In this document: piece by piece, positions 46,851 through 56,334 of the stretch
Position numbering within the stretch: the first letter of the stretch is position 1
How the letters are laid out: each line of letters starts with the position of its first letter
Sequence record: DRR723986_566
Direction: 5' to 3' (one strand)
DNA length: 60,174 bases
Program-made: the position numbers and the translations under genes
The notes under the pieces: generated by a model
Seen by the model: the letters and a program-made list of their open reading frames with translations, nothing else
What the model was told of the DNA's origin: nothing
Databases searched by the model: none

Positions 46851-48719
46851 TTAAATGAGCAGGATAAGGGTGGTGCCGTGATGCAGGTTGGAGTTTATCT
46901 CTAAATGCAGACCTTTTTCTTCAGCTCGAGATTTCATGTTTTTCAAACCAAAACCTGTGCTGTCTGCGGTGGTGTCAAAGCCGGTACCATTATCAGAAAA
47001 TTCAAGCCTTGCGTGATATTTGCCAGCCGCTGGTTTTAGCGAAACGTGCACTTTGGTAGCGTTGGCATGCTTCATGGCATTTGTCAGGGCTTCTTGCAAA
47101 ATTCGCAGGACATGCTGTGCCACCCTGGGCGAGAAATTGGGCGGGTCGTTTGTGGGGTTTATATCCCATTCAACCTGCAAACCGGCTTGCTCGTAGCGAG
47201 AGAGGAGTTTCTCCCTAAATAGAGCAAGAACAGCCGTTAGGCTTTCATTATGAGTGTCTAATGAGTTGATGGTTAAGCGAAGTTCATCAAGCGCGCCGCG
47301 CAGCGCTAAGGCGATGTCTTCATCTGATGTTTTTTGCGTTTCTACAACCGATAAAATTGACATAAGGTGCCCGCCAAGTCCGTCATGGATGTCGCGCATA
47401 ATGGCGCGGCGCTCTTTTTCGCGTGCAGACTGGCGCTCCAGGGTCTTTTGACGCTCGAAGGCGCTATATAGTTCGGTTTCCCGTTCTTGAATTTTCTCTG
47501 AGAGGTCTATGTTGGCGGTTTCCAAACTTCGGGCATTTTCAATGAAACGGTGCAACAATGTTGAGCCGAAGAACAAGAAAGCCACCAAGCCAAAATAGGC
47601 GGAGATATAGTAAACATGGTTTTGAATGATACCAGTGGTTATCAAGGCATCATGGGCTGGATATACAACGCCCAAGAAGGCAATACCTGTTAACAAATGG
47701 TCGGCCCAGAAGGTGCCGTGGCGTGCAACATTCACCATTTGTACGAGCATATATATTAGTAGCAATACCTGAAGCGGCACGGCCACTGAAATGGCGACAT
47801 CGTAAAATAGGGGCATTGGTAAAACGGCCAGTAAAACCGAGAGGCATATGGAAAAAATCAGGATTGGCTTGTCATAGGTTTTGCGCTCCATGCCGGTTAA
47901 TTTTGCCGTGCGATTCAGGTAATACCAATTGATAAAAAAGTATCCGAAAATGGCGGTCCATACGGCGGAAAGCACCATGACTTTGTCCCATATATGCAAA
48001 GGCACTGGGATAATGCTAGTTACATGGTTTTGGGTATGCAATGCCCAGGTGAACGCCATACCTGCCAACATACCGTGGCTTGCGACAGAGCGTTCAAACA
48101 ACCATAAAATCATCATTATTAATGCCAAAATGAACATCGCAAACACAATAATTTGGACCAGCGTATTCAAAAAAAGCACATGCAACCGAAAGCTGGGCCT
48201 TAGTTCTTCGTTGGGGCCAAGATAAAATTTGTCCAGGAACCCATGACCTGCCGGGTTAGCGTACAGTTCAACCTGAATAAGGTTGCGCCCTTGTTTCAAT
48301 AGGCCCGTTGGAATGCTCAGCAATAAAGGCTGCATATAGTTTCGGGCCAATATGGGCTCAAACGGGCCACCATCGCCCACATGAACGCCGTTAATCATGA
48401 TGGAAAGGTTTGACCTATGGGCTGGAACAAAAACGCCCCACAGGGTTTGCGGCGCTTGGTCCAGCATCACAACAGTCTCATAATTGCCTATCATGGTGCT
48501 GGCTGATTCGTTATGCCGCCAATTGTCGGGCAGTTGCCTGCGAACAGTTGTTTGGCTTTCTACCGCCGTAAAGTTTATGTCGGTAACCGCAATGGCCCCT
48601 TCCGGAATGGGCAGGCTGAAAATGAAAGGGGCGACAGCTATTGCAAAAATGATCAAGTGAAAGAAGGCTTGCAGAACAAACCGGGAGGGTGTTGCGGTAT
48701 TTTCTTTCTCGCCAACCAT
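46851..48719 (-). CDS. 7TM sensor histidine kinase (HisKA_3)
   Basis: ERRAIMRDIHDGLGGHL, QEALTNAMKHA, DNGTGF, GFGLKNM; periplasmic domain plus 7 TMs. Confidence 0.93.
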   Translation of the reverse strand: MVGEKENTATPSRFVLQAFFHLIIFAIAVAPFIFSLPIPEGAIAVTDINFTAVESQTTVRRQLPDNWRHNESASTMIGNYETVVMLDQAPQTLWGVFVPAHRSNLSIMINGVHVGDGGPFEPILARNYMQPLLLSIPTGLLKQGRNLIQVELYANPAGHGFLDKFYLGPNEELRPSFRLHVLFLNTLVQIIVFAMFILALIMMILWLFERSVASHGMLAGMAFTWALHTQNHVTSIIPVPLHIWDKVMVLSAVWTAIFGYFFINWYYLNRTAKLTGMERKTYDKPILIFSICLSVLLAVLPMPLFYDVAISVAVPLQVLLLIYMLVQMVNVARHGTFWADHLLTGIAFLGVVYPAHDALITTGIIQNHVYYISAYFGLVAFLFFGSTLLHRFIENARSLETANIDLSEKIQERETELYSAFERQKTLERQSAREKERRAIMRDIHDGLGGHLMSILSVVETQKTSDEDIALALRGALDELRLTINSLDTHNESLTAVLALFREKLLSRYEQAGLQVEWDINPTNDPPNFSPRVAQHVLRILQEALTNAMKHANATKVHVSLKPAAGKYHARLEFSDNGTGFDTTADSTGFGLKNMKSRAEEKGLHLEINSNLHHGTTLILLI

Positions 48720-48721
48720 GA

Positions 48722-49399
48722 TCAGTTTTCTTGCTTAATGTCGATCAAGCCGTGCCTCATGGCGGCAAAAACCGCTTCGCCGCGTGAGTTAACCTCTAAT
48801 TTCCTGTATATATTTTTGATATATGTAGGCACCGTATTGGGAGAGATACCCATTTTATGGGCGATGTCTTTATAGGAATACCCCATGGCAATGTGGGTTA
48901 GGACTTCACTTTCTCGGCTGCTGAGTTGAGTTTTGTCGGCTTCTTTCTGAATTTCTGGTTGGCCCTGAAAGCGCAGCAGTATGTGCCGGGCAATGCTAGA
49001 CGAAATAGGCGAGCCGCCATTAACCAGCTCGATAATGGCTTCAGCAATTTCAATTTGGTAGGCGTCTTTCAACAAATAGCCAGTTGCACCTGCTTCAATG
49101 GCTTGCACCACAGACTCAGCGTCTCCAAGAATAGATATAACGATTATTTCCGTGCTGGGATGAAATCGTTTGCAATGCCGTATCAGGTCCAGGCCGGAGC
49201 CGTCTGGCAGATTAATATCGGATACAAGGACGTCCGGTGGGTCAGACAAGGCGGTGAAAGCTTGTTGAAAAGTAGGGGCCGCGAACTTGAGCGATAACTG
49301 AGGTGAGCCCTTTACCATAGTGGCAAACTGCTTGAGGGTCATGGCGTCATCTTCAACCAGACCAACCGTCGTAACACCCTTTGTAGAGTGAGATACCAA
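48722..49399 (-). CDS. NarL/LuxR-family response regulator
   Basis: VEDD, DINLPDGSG, GYLLKD, LSSRESEVL..GYSYKDIA. Confidence 0.95.
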   Translation of the reverse strand: MVSHSTKGVTTVGLVEDDAMTLKQFATMVKGSPQLSLKFAAPTFQQAFTALSDPPDVLVSDINLPDGSGLDLIRHCKRFHPSTEIIVISILGDAESVVQAIEAGATGYLLKDAYQIEIAEAIIELVNGGSPISSSIARHILLRFQGQPEIQKEADKTQLSSRESEVLTHIAMGYSYKDIAHKMGISPNTVPTYIKNIYRKLEVNSRGEAVFAAMRHGLIDIKQEN

Positions 49400-49513
49400 T
49401 GACTATCCCCGAATATTTAGCCCCCGTCTGCACTCTATCCAACCGCCTTTCCGTTAGTACAGAAAAACTTTCATGGAAGGTAATAGATATAGGTCTGTAT
49501 AGCGTCGGCCCAA

Positions 49514-49543
49514 AAAAAAGACCCCAGCAGATGCTGGGGCCTT
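49514..49543 (-). terminator. ahpC terminator; 30-bp direct repeat copy 2
   Basis: CCCCAGCA-GA-TGCTGGGG stem with U8 tail on minus strand. Confidence 0.9.
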
Positions 49544-49546
49544 CGA

Positions 49547-49631
49547 TACTCAATACACAATATTTTTGTTACTCAAAACAAGGTACTCAGAACAAAAACT
49601 TTTTGGTTCTAGAAACTGGATACTCAGTACA
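49547..49631 (-). repeat. Four copies of TACTCARWACA in the ahpC 3' UTR
   Basis: TACTCAATACA 49547, TACTCAAAACA 49570, TACTCAGAACA 49584, TACTCAGTACA 49621. Confidence 0.85.
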
Positions 49632-49683
49632 ACACTAAACTTACAGCCTCATTACGGCCGCTCGTTTGAAGTGGATCATATTA

Positions 49684-50289
49684 TTATAATTTTTCTGCAT
49701 TTTTGCTGAGATAGTCAGCAACGCCCGCGGCATCGGCTTTCATGCCTTCGTCGCCTTTGTTCCAGCCAGCAGGGCATACTTCGCCGTGTTCCTCGTGGAA
49801 CTGAAGCGCTTCAACAAGGCGCACAAATTCGTCAACGTTACGACCAAGTGGCAGGAAGTTAACATATTGGTGCCAAACCATACCGTCTTTACCGATAAGG
49901 AAAGTACCGCGCAAGCTGATGCCTTCTTCTTCGATCAATACATCGAAGTCACGAGCGATTTGCTTTGTTTTGTCCGCCACCATTGGGAAGTCAACAGGGC
50001 CAAGGCCGCCTTCAGCAGTTGGTGTGTTGCGCCATGCAGCGTGGGTATGCTCGCTATCTACAGAAACGGCAACAACCTTAACGCCGAGCTCTTTGAACTT
50101 GTCCATACGGTTATGGAAAGCAAGAATTTCAGATGGGCAAACAAACGTGAAGTCAAGCGGGTAGAAGAATACGAGGCCATAGTCATCACCAATATATTCT
50201 TTCAAGTTGAAAGCTTCATTGATGGATCCATCTGCCATGACAGCGGCGGCGGTGAAGTCTGGGGCGGTTTTTCCGGCAAGAACAGCCAT
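49684..50289 (-). CDS. ahpC: 2-Cys peroxiredoxin (AhpC/Prx1)
   Basis: FYPLDFTFVCPSE and GEVCPAGW. Confidence 0.95.
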   Translation of the reverse strand: MAVLAGKTAPDFTAAAVMADGSINEAFNLKEYIGDDYGLVFFYPLDFTFVCPSEILAFHNRMDKFKELGVKVVAVSVDSEHTHAAWRNTPTAEGGLGPVDFPMVADKTKQIARDFDVLIEEEGISLRGTFLIGKDGMVWHQYVNFLPLGRNVDEFVRLVEALQFHEEHGEVCPAGWNKGDEGMKADAAGVADYLSKNAEKL

Positions 50290-50453
50290 TTTTTAGCTCC
50301 TGTGAGTTAAAATTATGTTCAAAATCAAGTCAATTGGGTCTGCGTTCATCGTTACTGCATACATCACAATTTGAACCACAAACGCGCCTTGAGCCTTGCA
50401 ATATCGCGCGGCAGTCTAGGGGTTTTCCCGGTAAAATCAATGTGAGTAAGTCG

Positions 50454-50493
50454 ATTACAAAAATCGATAAAAACGATTAATATTCGCAGCAAT
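50454..50493. promoter_or_regulatory. OxyR-like site upstream of ahpC
   Basis: ATTA-N7-CGAT-N7-ATTA; fourth element degenerate or shifted. Confidence 0.5.
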
Positions 50494-50672
50494 AATAACT
50501 TGTCTAACTTAGGGGCTAGAGCCGTTCTATTCAAGTCTGTTTTGCCGGTCATTCACTATTTTTGGGTGGCAATCTCTGATACCAGACCCATATAGGGTTT
50601 AATAAAGCCATAAATTTCGACGGAAGATCGAAAGGCACGCAAGAAAATCAGCTCAGATCACAACGAGGGATC

Positions 50673-51728
50673 ATGGAAACACTTGATGATATCGTGCGCT
50701 ACAGCGCCTTTGCCCTGATGACGTGGTTGGGTGTTTTGATGCTGCGTGATTTCTGTGACCGGGTTGCTGGTCGTTTGGGTGCTTATGCTGCCTTATCATC
50801 TGCGGCCTTTTTGATTGCCAGTAAACCGGGCCTTAGCGTTTTTGGGGTTGAGGTTGACCTGATATTATTGCCTTTATATGACGCTTCACCCGCGCTCGCA
50901 TGGCTCTTTTGTCTGTCACAATTCGATGATAGTTTTAAAGTAACCCCAAAGCATTGGGCAGTTGTCGGTGCCAAGTTGGTTGCTGGCAGCGCGGCCTATG
51001 TTCTCTGGACTATGGGCAATGATGCATCTGCAATATTTAACAAGGCGTCTAATCTTATTGTTGTTGCCATACTTGTGCATTTGATACTCGTTGCGTGGCA
51101 AGGTCGCCATGAGGACTTGGTTGAAGTGCGGCGCAAGTTTCGTAGTATTTTTGTCACCGCAGTGATTGTAATTACAATTGGCATTCTTTTGTCGCAAACC
51201 GCATCGCGCCGCGCTGATACTGTTACCATATCGCTCCTGCTACAGGCCGCGAGTTTCCTCGCTATTGCGATTTTCCTGCATTGGCGTTTATCAGCGCAGG
51301 GCGGCGAAGACCTGTTCTTCACGGCCTCAGCAAATGTGGCCCAGTCGGTTGGACCTGACCACTGTGAGTTATCGCCTGCTGATCAGCATGACCTTGATGT
51401 AATTCTAGGCCTGGATGGCACTGATTTGGTGCTTGAGCCGGGCCTGACCATTACCGGGCTGGCCAGTAAGTTGACTATTCCTGAGCACCGCTTGCGACAT
51501 TTGATTAATCAGCATATGGGCTACAGAAATTTCTCTGACTTTTTGAATCATCACCGGGTTGCCGCCGCGAAAACCCGCCTTTCCAATGCTGACGAACGGC
51601 ATACACCGGTATTGACTATCGCGATGGAGCTTGGCTATGGCTCGCTTGGACCGTTCAATCGCGCCTTCAAAGAACGGACAGGGCAAACACCGTCTGAATT
51701 CCGTCGAGGGGTTTTGGGTAGCGTGTAG
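50673..51728 (+). CDS. Membrane-bound AraC family regulator (copy 1)
   Basis: N-terminal TMs; EHRLRHLINQHMGYRNF, GYGSLGPFNRAFK. Confidence 0.92.
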   Translation: METLDDIVRYSAFALMTWLGVLMLRDFCDRVAGRLGAYAALSSAAFLIASKPGLSVFGVEVDLILLPLYDASPALAWLFCLSQFDDSFKVTPKHWAVVGAKLVAGSAAYVLWTMGNDASAIFNKASNLIVVAILVHLILVAWQGRHEDLVEVRRKFRSIFVTAVIVITIGILLSQTASRRADTVTISLLLQAASFLAIAIFLHWRLSAQGGEDLFFTASANVAQSVGPDHCELSPADQHDLDVILGLDGTDLVLEPGLTITGLASKLTIPEHRLRHLINQHMGYRNFSDFLNHHRVAAAKTRLSNADERHTPVLTIAMELGYGSLGPFNRAFKERTGQTPSEFRRGVLGSV

Positions 51729-51788
51729 CGCTGAATTATGTCAGCTTGGCCAAAATTTCAAAACCCGACTTTGAGGACTTGAACGCCA

Positions 51789-52862
51789 ATGGCTGAACTT
51801 CCGCCGCTTGATCTTGTTGAAGCATTTTTCAGGTTCTCCGGCCTTAGTTTGTTCTGTTTGCTTGGCATTCTTATGCTGAGGGACTTTGAAAACAGGCAAA
51901 TTGCGTGGCTGGGGGCATGGGCAGCCGCGTCAGGGGCAGCCTATCTAATTTGTACCAGCCCAGCGCTGAATTCATTTTTTGGGCCGGGCATGTTGCTGGT
52001 TCAGATTTTTTGCCACTCCGGCCAAATCGCCATTTGGCTTTTCAGCCTTTCGCAGTTCCGCGACAAACTACGTTTATGGCCGACATATATCCTTATCGCT
52101 TTGGCATTCTATATTTGGCAGCGAATGTATTTTGACTGGCTTCGCTTTGAGGACGCGATCATCGCAACTACATCAGCAGTCATATATACAGTTGCCCGCT
52201 TTAGCCTGATTGGACACATGCTATATGTGGCATGGGAGGGGCGTGGCGATGATTTGGTTGAGGTACGCCGCCGATTCAGAACAATCTATATAATCACCGT
52301 ATCTATTGCGGTTTTAGCCGTTGTGATTAGTGAAACGGCATTCAACGAAAAAGACTTACAAAACGATACTATCCTTTTGATGCAGTCTTTTGGCATGTGG
52401 TTACTGTCGGTGGTGCTAGTTTGGCAGATAATCAACCTTAAAACGTCGGCCTTGTTTACAAGCCCGTCCAATGCTCGTGGTGGGCATACGGTTTCGCCTA
52501 ATGACCCAAATGAACGCCATGATCTGGAAACCATTGAACGGCTGGTTGAAGAGGAAAAGTTATACTTACAACCGGGCCTGACAATTGCGGGCCTGGCGGC
52601 GGACGCCGGTTTGCCTGAACACCGCTTACGCCGGTTAATCAATGTGCATTTAGGCTATAGAAATTTTGCCGACTTTCTTAACCATTACCGAATCAATGCA
52701 GCAAAGGTGCGTTTAGCCTCGGTGCAAGAGCGCAATATACCGGTATTAACCATTGCTATGGACATGGGATATGGGTCATTGGGGCCGTTCAACCGGGCGT
52801 TTAAAGAACGTACAGGCCTGACACCGACGGAATACCGAAAGAAAAAGCTAGCCGATAGTTAA
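51789..52862 (+). CDS. Membrane-bound AraC family regulator (copy 2)
   Basis: N-terminal TMs; EHRLRRLINVHLGYRNF, GYGSLGPFNRAFK. Confidence 0.92.
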   Translation: MAELPPLDLVEAFFRFSGLSLFCLLGILMLRDFENRQIAWLGAWAAASGAAYLICTSPALNSFFGPGMLLVQIFCHSGQIAIWLFSLSQFRDKLRLWPTYILIALAFYIWQRMYFDWLRFEDAIIATTSAVIYTVARFSLIGHMLYVAWEGRGDDLVEVRRRFRTIYIITVSIAVLAVVISETAFNEKDLQNDTILLMQSFGMWLLSVVLVWQIINLKTSALFTSPSNARGGHTVSPNDPNERHDLETIERLVEEEKLYLQPGLTIAGLAADAGLPEHRLRRLINVHLGYRNFADFLNHYRINAAKVRLASVQERNIPVLTIAMDMGYGSLGPFNRAFKERTGLTPTEYRKKKLADS

Positions 52863-53050
52863 AAAGGCTCGCCGATTTCTTTAAAACAGTGCTTATTTCG
52901 AAATCAGCAAGAACCATTTCGCCATTCCTGCGTTTATGTTTGTGAGCGTTGGCAACGGCTAAGCACTTCCTTCCTAGACTTTTAGACTTTGTCAGCGCTC
53001 GTACTAAACAGCATTCACTAAAAGAATGCGTTTAAGGCGAGTATAGCAAA

Positions 53051-54310
53051 ATGCACTATTCACTTTTAGAAACTCTCACTGCCTGGACCGCAAAGGTGGC
53101 TGTTCAGCTTCCTTACTGGTTTGCCTTTGACTTCGCACGATATGTCATTGGTGCAGGTAGTGTTTATCTGATTGTAAATATTTTGCTGTCTCGCAGACTT
53201 TCACACCGTAAAATCAGATCGAAAACCCCCAAGTTCAGGCAAATGGCCCGCGAATTCAAAAACTCGGTTTTTGCTGTCGTGGTCTATTCCTTTACGGGTT
53301 TGTTGACACATCTTGGCCTGGAGGCAGGCGTTATTACAATTTATGTCGACAGCTCGTTATATGGGTTGGCCTATTTTGCCGGGTCGCTTCTGCTTATGAT
53401 TCTTGCGCATGATGCCTATTTTTATTGGACACACAGGCTATTGCACCTCCCCAAGGCTTTTAAGCGGGGGCACTTCGAACATCATAAGTCGATTAACCCG
53501 ACACCCTGGACTGCATACAGCTTCAACGTTATTGAAGCCGCAATACACGCACTTTTCGTTCCCCTGTTTTTACTTTTTCTCCCTATGCATGGTTTCGCAA
53601 TCTTTCTGTTTCTCGCTCACATGATTATCAGAAATGCGGTTGGACACTCGGGTTATGAACTGTTCCCCCGCAGCTGGGCTGTGCACCCAATTTTAGGACA
53701 TATTACAATGGTTACTCATCACGACATGCATCACTCAAATGGTAACTCAAACTTTGGTCTATATTTCACATGGTGGGACCGCATGATGGGCACAGAACAC
53801 CCTGATTATCTTGCCCGTGCTACAGGCAACCCAGCGGCAAGCCGCAAGACAATCGGCTCTAGGGCTGCTGCGGCTACTATTGCGGCATGCGTTGGCTTGA
53901 TGGCAGCTGCAACAATTGCTAGCCCAGCCAAAGCACAAGACGATGATATTCGTGGCCTATGGTTAGCTGCAGATGGCAAAACCATTGTAGAAGTTGATCG
54001 GTGCGAACAGAAAAAAAGCCGCATTTGTGGCACAGTAGTTTTTCAGGATGGCTCAAATGTTGACGGCGAAGTTGGCATGGAACTGCTGAAAAACTTTAAA
54101 GGTGCGCATGTACAGAATATGCGGCGCTGGGAAGCCGGAAAAGTTGCCAAGCTTGGTGGCGGCAAAGCCAAAAAAGGCAATATTGTATTGCTTGAAGATG
54201 GTGGCTTGAAGATTACCAGCTGCGCGCGTGGTCGTTGCTCTAACCAAACCTGGAGCCGCCCCAGTACTGCAATGGCGCAGAAAGCGGCAACCGTAAATGG
54301 CGGCCAGTAA
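53051..54310 (+). CDS. Sterol desaturase/fatty acid hydroxylase fused to DUF2147-like domain
   Basis: His boxes HDAYFYWTHRLLH, HFEHH, HHDMHH; C-terminal GLW...VEVDRC....ICGTVV...CSNQTWSR. Confidence 0.88.
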   Translation: MHYSLLETLTAWTAKVAVQLPYWFAFDFARYVIGAGSVYLIVNILLSRRLSHRKIRSKTPKFRQMAREFKNSVFAVVVYSFTGLLTHLGLEAGVITIYVDSSLYGLAYFAGSLLLMILAHDAYFYWTHRLLHLPKAFKRGHFEHHKSINPTPWTAYSFNVIEAAIHALFVPLFLLFLPMHGFAIFLFLAHMIIRNAVGHSGYELFPRSWAVHPILGHITMVTHHDMHHSNGNSNFGLYFTWWDRMMGTEHPDYLARATGNPAASRKTIGSRAAAATIAACVGLMAAATIASPAKAQDDDIRGLWLAADGKTIVEVDRCEQKKSRICGTVVFQDGSNVDGEVGMELLKNFKGAHVQNMRRWEAGKVAKLGGGKAKKGNIVLLEDGGLKITSCARGRCSNQTWSRPSTAMAQKAATVNGGQ

Positions 54311-54337
54311 GCTTTTGCTGACTAGGTAAAATTATTG

Positions 54338-54369
54338 AAAAAGGGGTGTCCGTCAGGGGCCCCTTTTTT
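54338..54369. terminator. Bidirectional intrinsic terminator
   Basis: AAAAAGGGG...CCCCTTTTTT between convergent genes. Confidence 0.75.
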
Positions 54370-54380
54370 ATTTGTCTGGG

Positions 54381-55301
54381 TTATTGGCGGACAGCGTTGA
54401 TGCCCTTTTGAGATAGGTAAACCTGAACACTTTGCTGGCCAACTAAATGCGCAGCCCCAACAGCAATAAAAGCCGTACCGCTGCCGCGCATCAAGTCTTC
54501 GATTTGTGATGCCCAGTTAAAGTTCCGGCGCGTCAGAATTACTTCCATTATTTCATCAGCCTCTTTTTGCTCACCGTACCCCGCCATCACCACTTCTGTC
54601 ATGGCAGGTATGTCGCCTATGCGCCATGTATTGAGCAAACTTTGTATCTGGTCCGGGGTCTCTTGAATCTGCCGAAGGCCGTCTTCAAGGAAAAATATCT
54701 CGGTCTCTGGTGACAGGCCACTTAGAAACTGCATCTGTTGCTCGTCAGTTTCGAAATAGCCAATTGTTTTTCCGGCTTGCAAAGCCTCTGCGCTTAAAAT
54801 GCGCTCAACACCGGCGGCAGGGTCTCCGCCCATCGCTTGAATTTGTATCGCTGCAAGCGACAAACCTACAAGCCAGGGGCGAAGGGGTTCAAAATTGGCC
54901 GCTGACCCTTTCATACCAAAATTCTCCAGCGTTTTTGCTAGCTTCTTGTTGCCAGAATCGCTCAGCATGCTGGAAAGTGTAATGCCGGGCGGGTTAAGGC
55001 CGTATTTAGTGATGAGTGGGCGGGCAGCGGCTGGGTCAGCGGGGGCTTCAAAGATAATCGTTTCAGAATCATTGAAAGCCTTATCCACTTTTGGGGAGCG
55101 CCATTTTAAGTCAGGGTTAAGAATATGCACTGTCCCAAACAAATAAATTTCGCTGTCTTCGTCTGTCAGTTTCCACAAAGCCGGACTTGGGGCAGGTGCA
55201 TCATCAGCACTTGCCGTTTTGACGACGCCAACAACAGCCGAAAGTGTCAACGATATTGCAGCAGCAACGGCGGTAATTGAAAAACGAATATTAGCAGTCA
55301 T
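54381..55301 (-). CDS. TraB/GumN family protein
   Basis: PALWK..IYLFGTVH, RRNFNW, FIAVGAAHL. Confidence 0.92.
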   Translation of the reverse strand: MTANIRFSITAVAAAISLTLSAVVGVVKTASADDAPAPSPALWKLTDEDSEIYLFGTVHILNPDLKWRSPKVDKAFNDSETIIFEAPADPAAARPLITKYGLNPPGITLSSMLSDSGNKKLAKTLENFGMKGSAANFEPLRPWLVGLSLAAIQIQAMGGDPAAGVERILSAEALQAGKTIGYFETDEQQMQFLSGLSPETEIFFLEDGLRQIQETPDQIQSLLNTWRIGDIPAMTEVVMAGYGEQKEADEIMEVILTRRNFNWASQIEDLMRGSGTAFIAVGAAHLVGQQSVQVYLSQKGINAVRQ

Positions 55302-55660
55302 TTTTATCCTCACTTCAGTTGGGCTCACGAGTGCGTTTGTATGTATAAATAATGTTATATGAACAAAAGCTGCATGGCGTCACGGTTAAAGTCAATTTGT
55401 GAGGCCAATTAGTCGTTTCCTAACTTTTTTCGGTAAACCGAGTCCATAGAGATTTGATATATGCAGACCCTGGTTTGCCCTGAGGTTCATGAAAGGAGAA
55501 AACCCGGAATGTTTTTGGGTTGGCGCAAATATCTTGAAATTAAATAACCAGACTGTGAAATATAATTGTTATCATTTGGAACTTTATTTCCGAAACTGGC
55601 TTCTATAGACTATGCCCACGCGCTGTTTCGAATGATCAAATGTATGTTGGGGAGACCATA

Positions 55661-56140
55661 GTGGTTCGCGTTAAACTTGATGCTGTTGATCGTAAAATCC
55701 TATCTTGCCTTCAAGCTGAAGGCAGAATTACCAATGTTGAATTGGCCGACAGGGTTGGTATTACGGCGCCCCCGTGTCTTCGACGTGTTCGTGCGTTGGA
55801 ACTGGAAGGGTATATCAAGGGGTATCACGCTGACCTGGAACAAGAAGCTTTAGGATACGGCCTAACAGTTTTTGCCATGGTTGGGCTTCATAGCCAAGCT
55901 GAGAGTGACCTTCAGGCTTTCGAAGTTAAAGTACAAAGCTGGCCGCTGGTGCGGGAATGTTTCATGCTGAACGGCGAGATTGATTTTATCCTTAAAATTG
56001 TCGCGGAAGACTTGGGCAGCTTTCAACAGTTTTTAACGGGCGAATTAACCCCTGCGGACAATGTTGCCAGCGTTAAAACCTCACTGACAATTCGCACTAG
56101 CAAACATCAGCCCGGTGTGCCGTTACCAGCAGTGAAGTGA
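55661..56140 (+). CDS. Lrp/AsnC family regulator
   Basis: LDAVDRKIL..GRITNVELADRVGITAPPCLRRVRALE; GGAG SD before GTG. Confidence 0.95.
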   Translation: MVRVKLDAVDRKILSCLQAEGRITNVELADRVGITAPPCLRRVRALELEGYIKGYHADLEQEALGYGLTVFAMVGLHSQAESDLQAFEVKVQSWPLVRECFMLNGEIDFILKIVAEDLGSFQQFLTGELTPADNVASVKTSLTIRTSKHQPGVPLPAVK

Positions 56141-56334
56141 TTCTCGGGCCTTCATAAAGTGCCTGATGGTTATTCAGTGGCGGCATTCTTCTATCAATAA
56201 AGTTTAATTCTTTAGCAAAATCGTCAAAAAAGCGGCTTTTTGCCGACTTTTTCGCAACCTAAGTTTATGAAATTCTGCGCACGCGCTGGAGAAAAAAACA
56301 GTATTCTTGTCTGAATAGTGAGGGAGGTATCACG

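Noticed and set aside
49547-49631. Mini-CRISPR interpretation of the 11-mer repeats
   Set aside because: Repeats too short, spacers 3-26 nt and irregular, no cas genes
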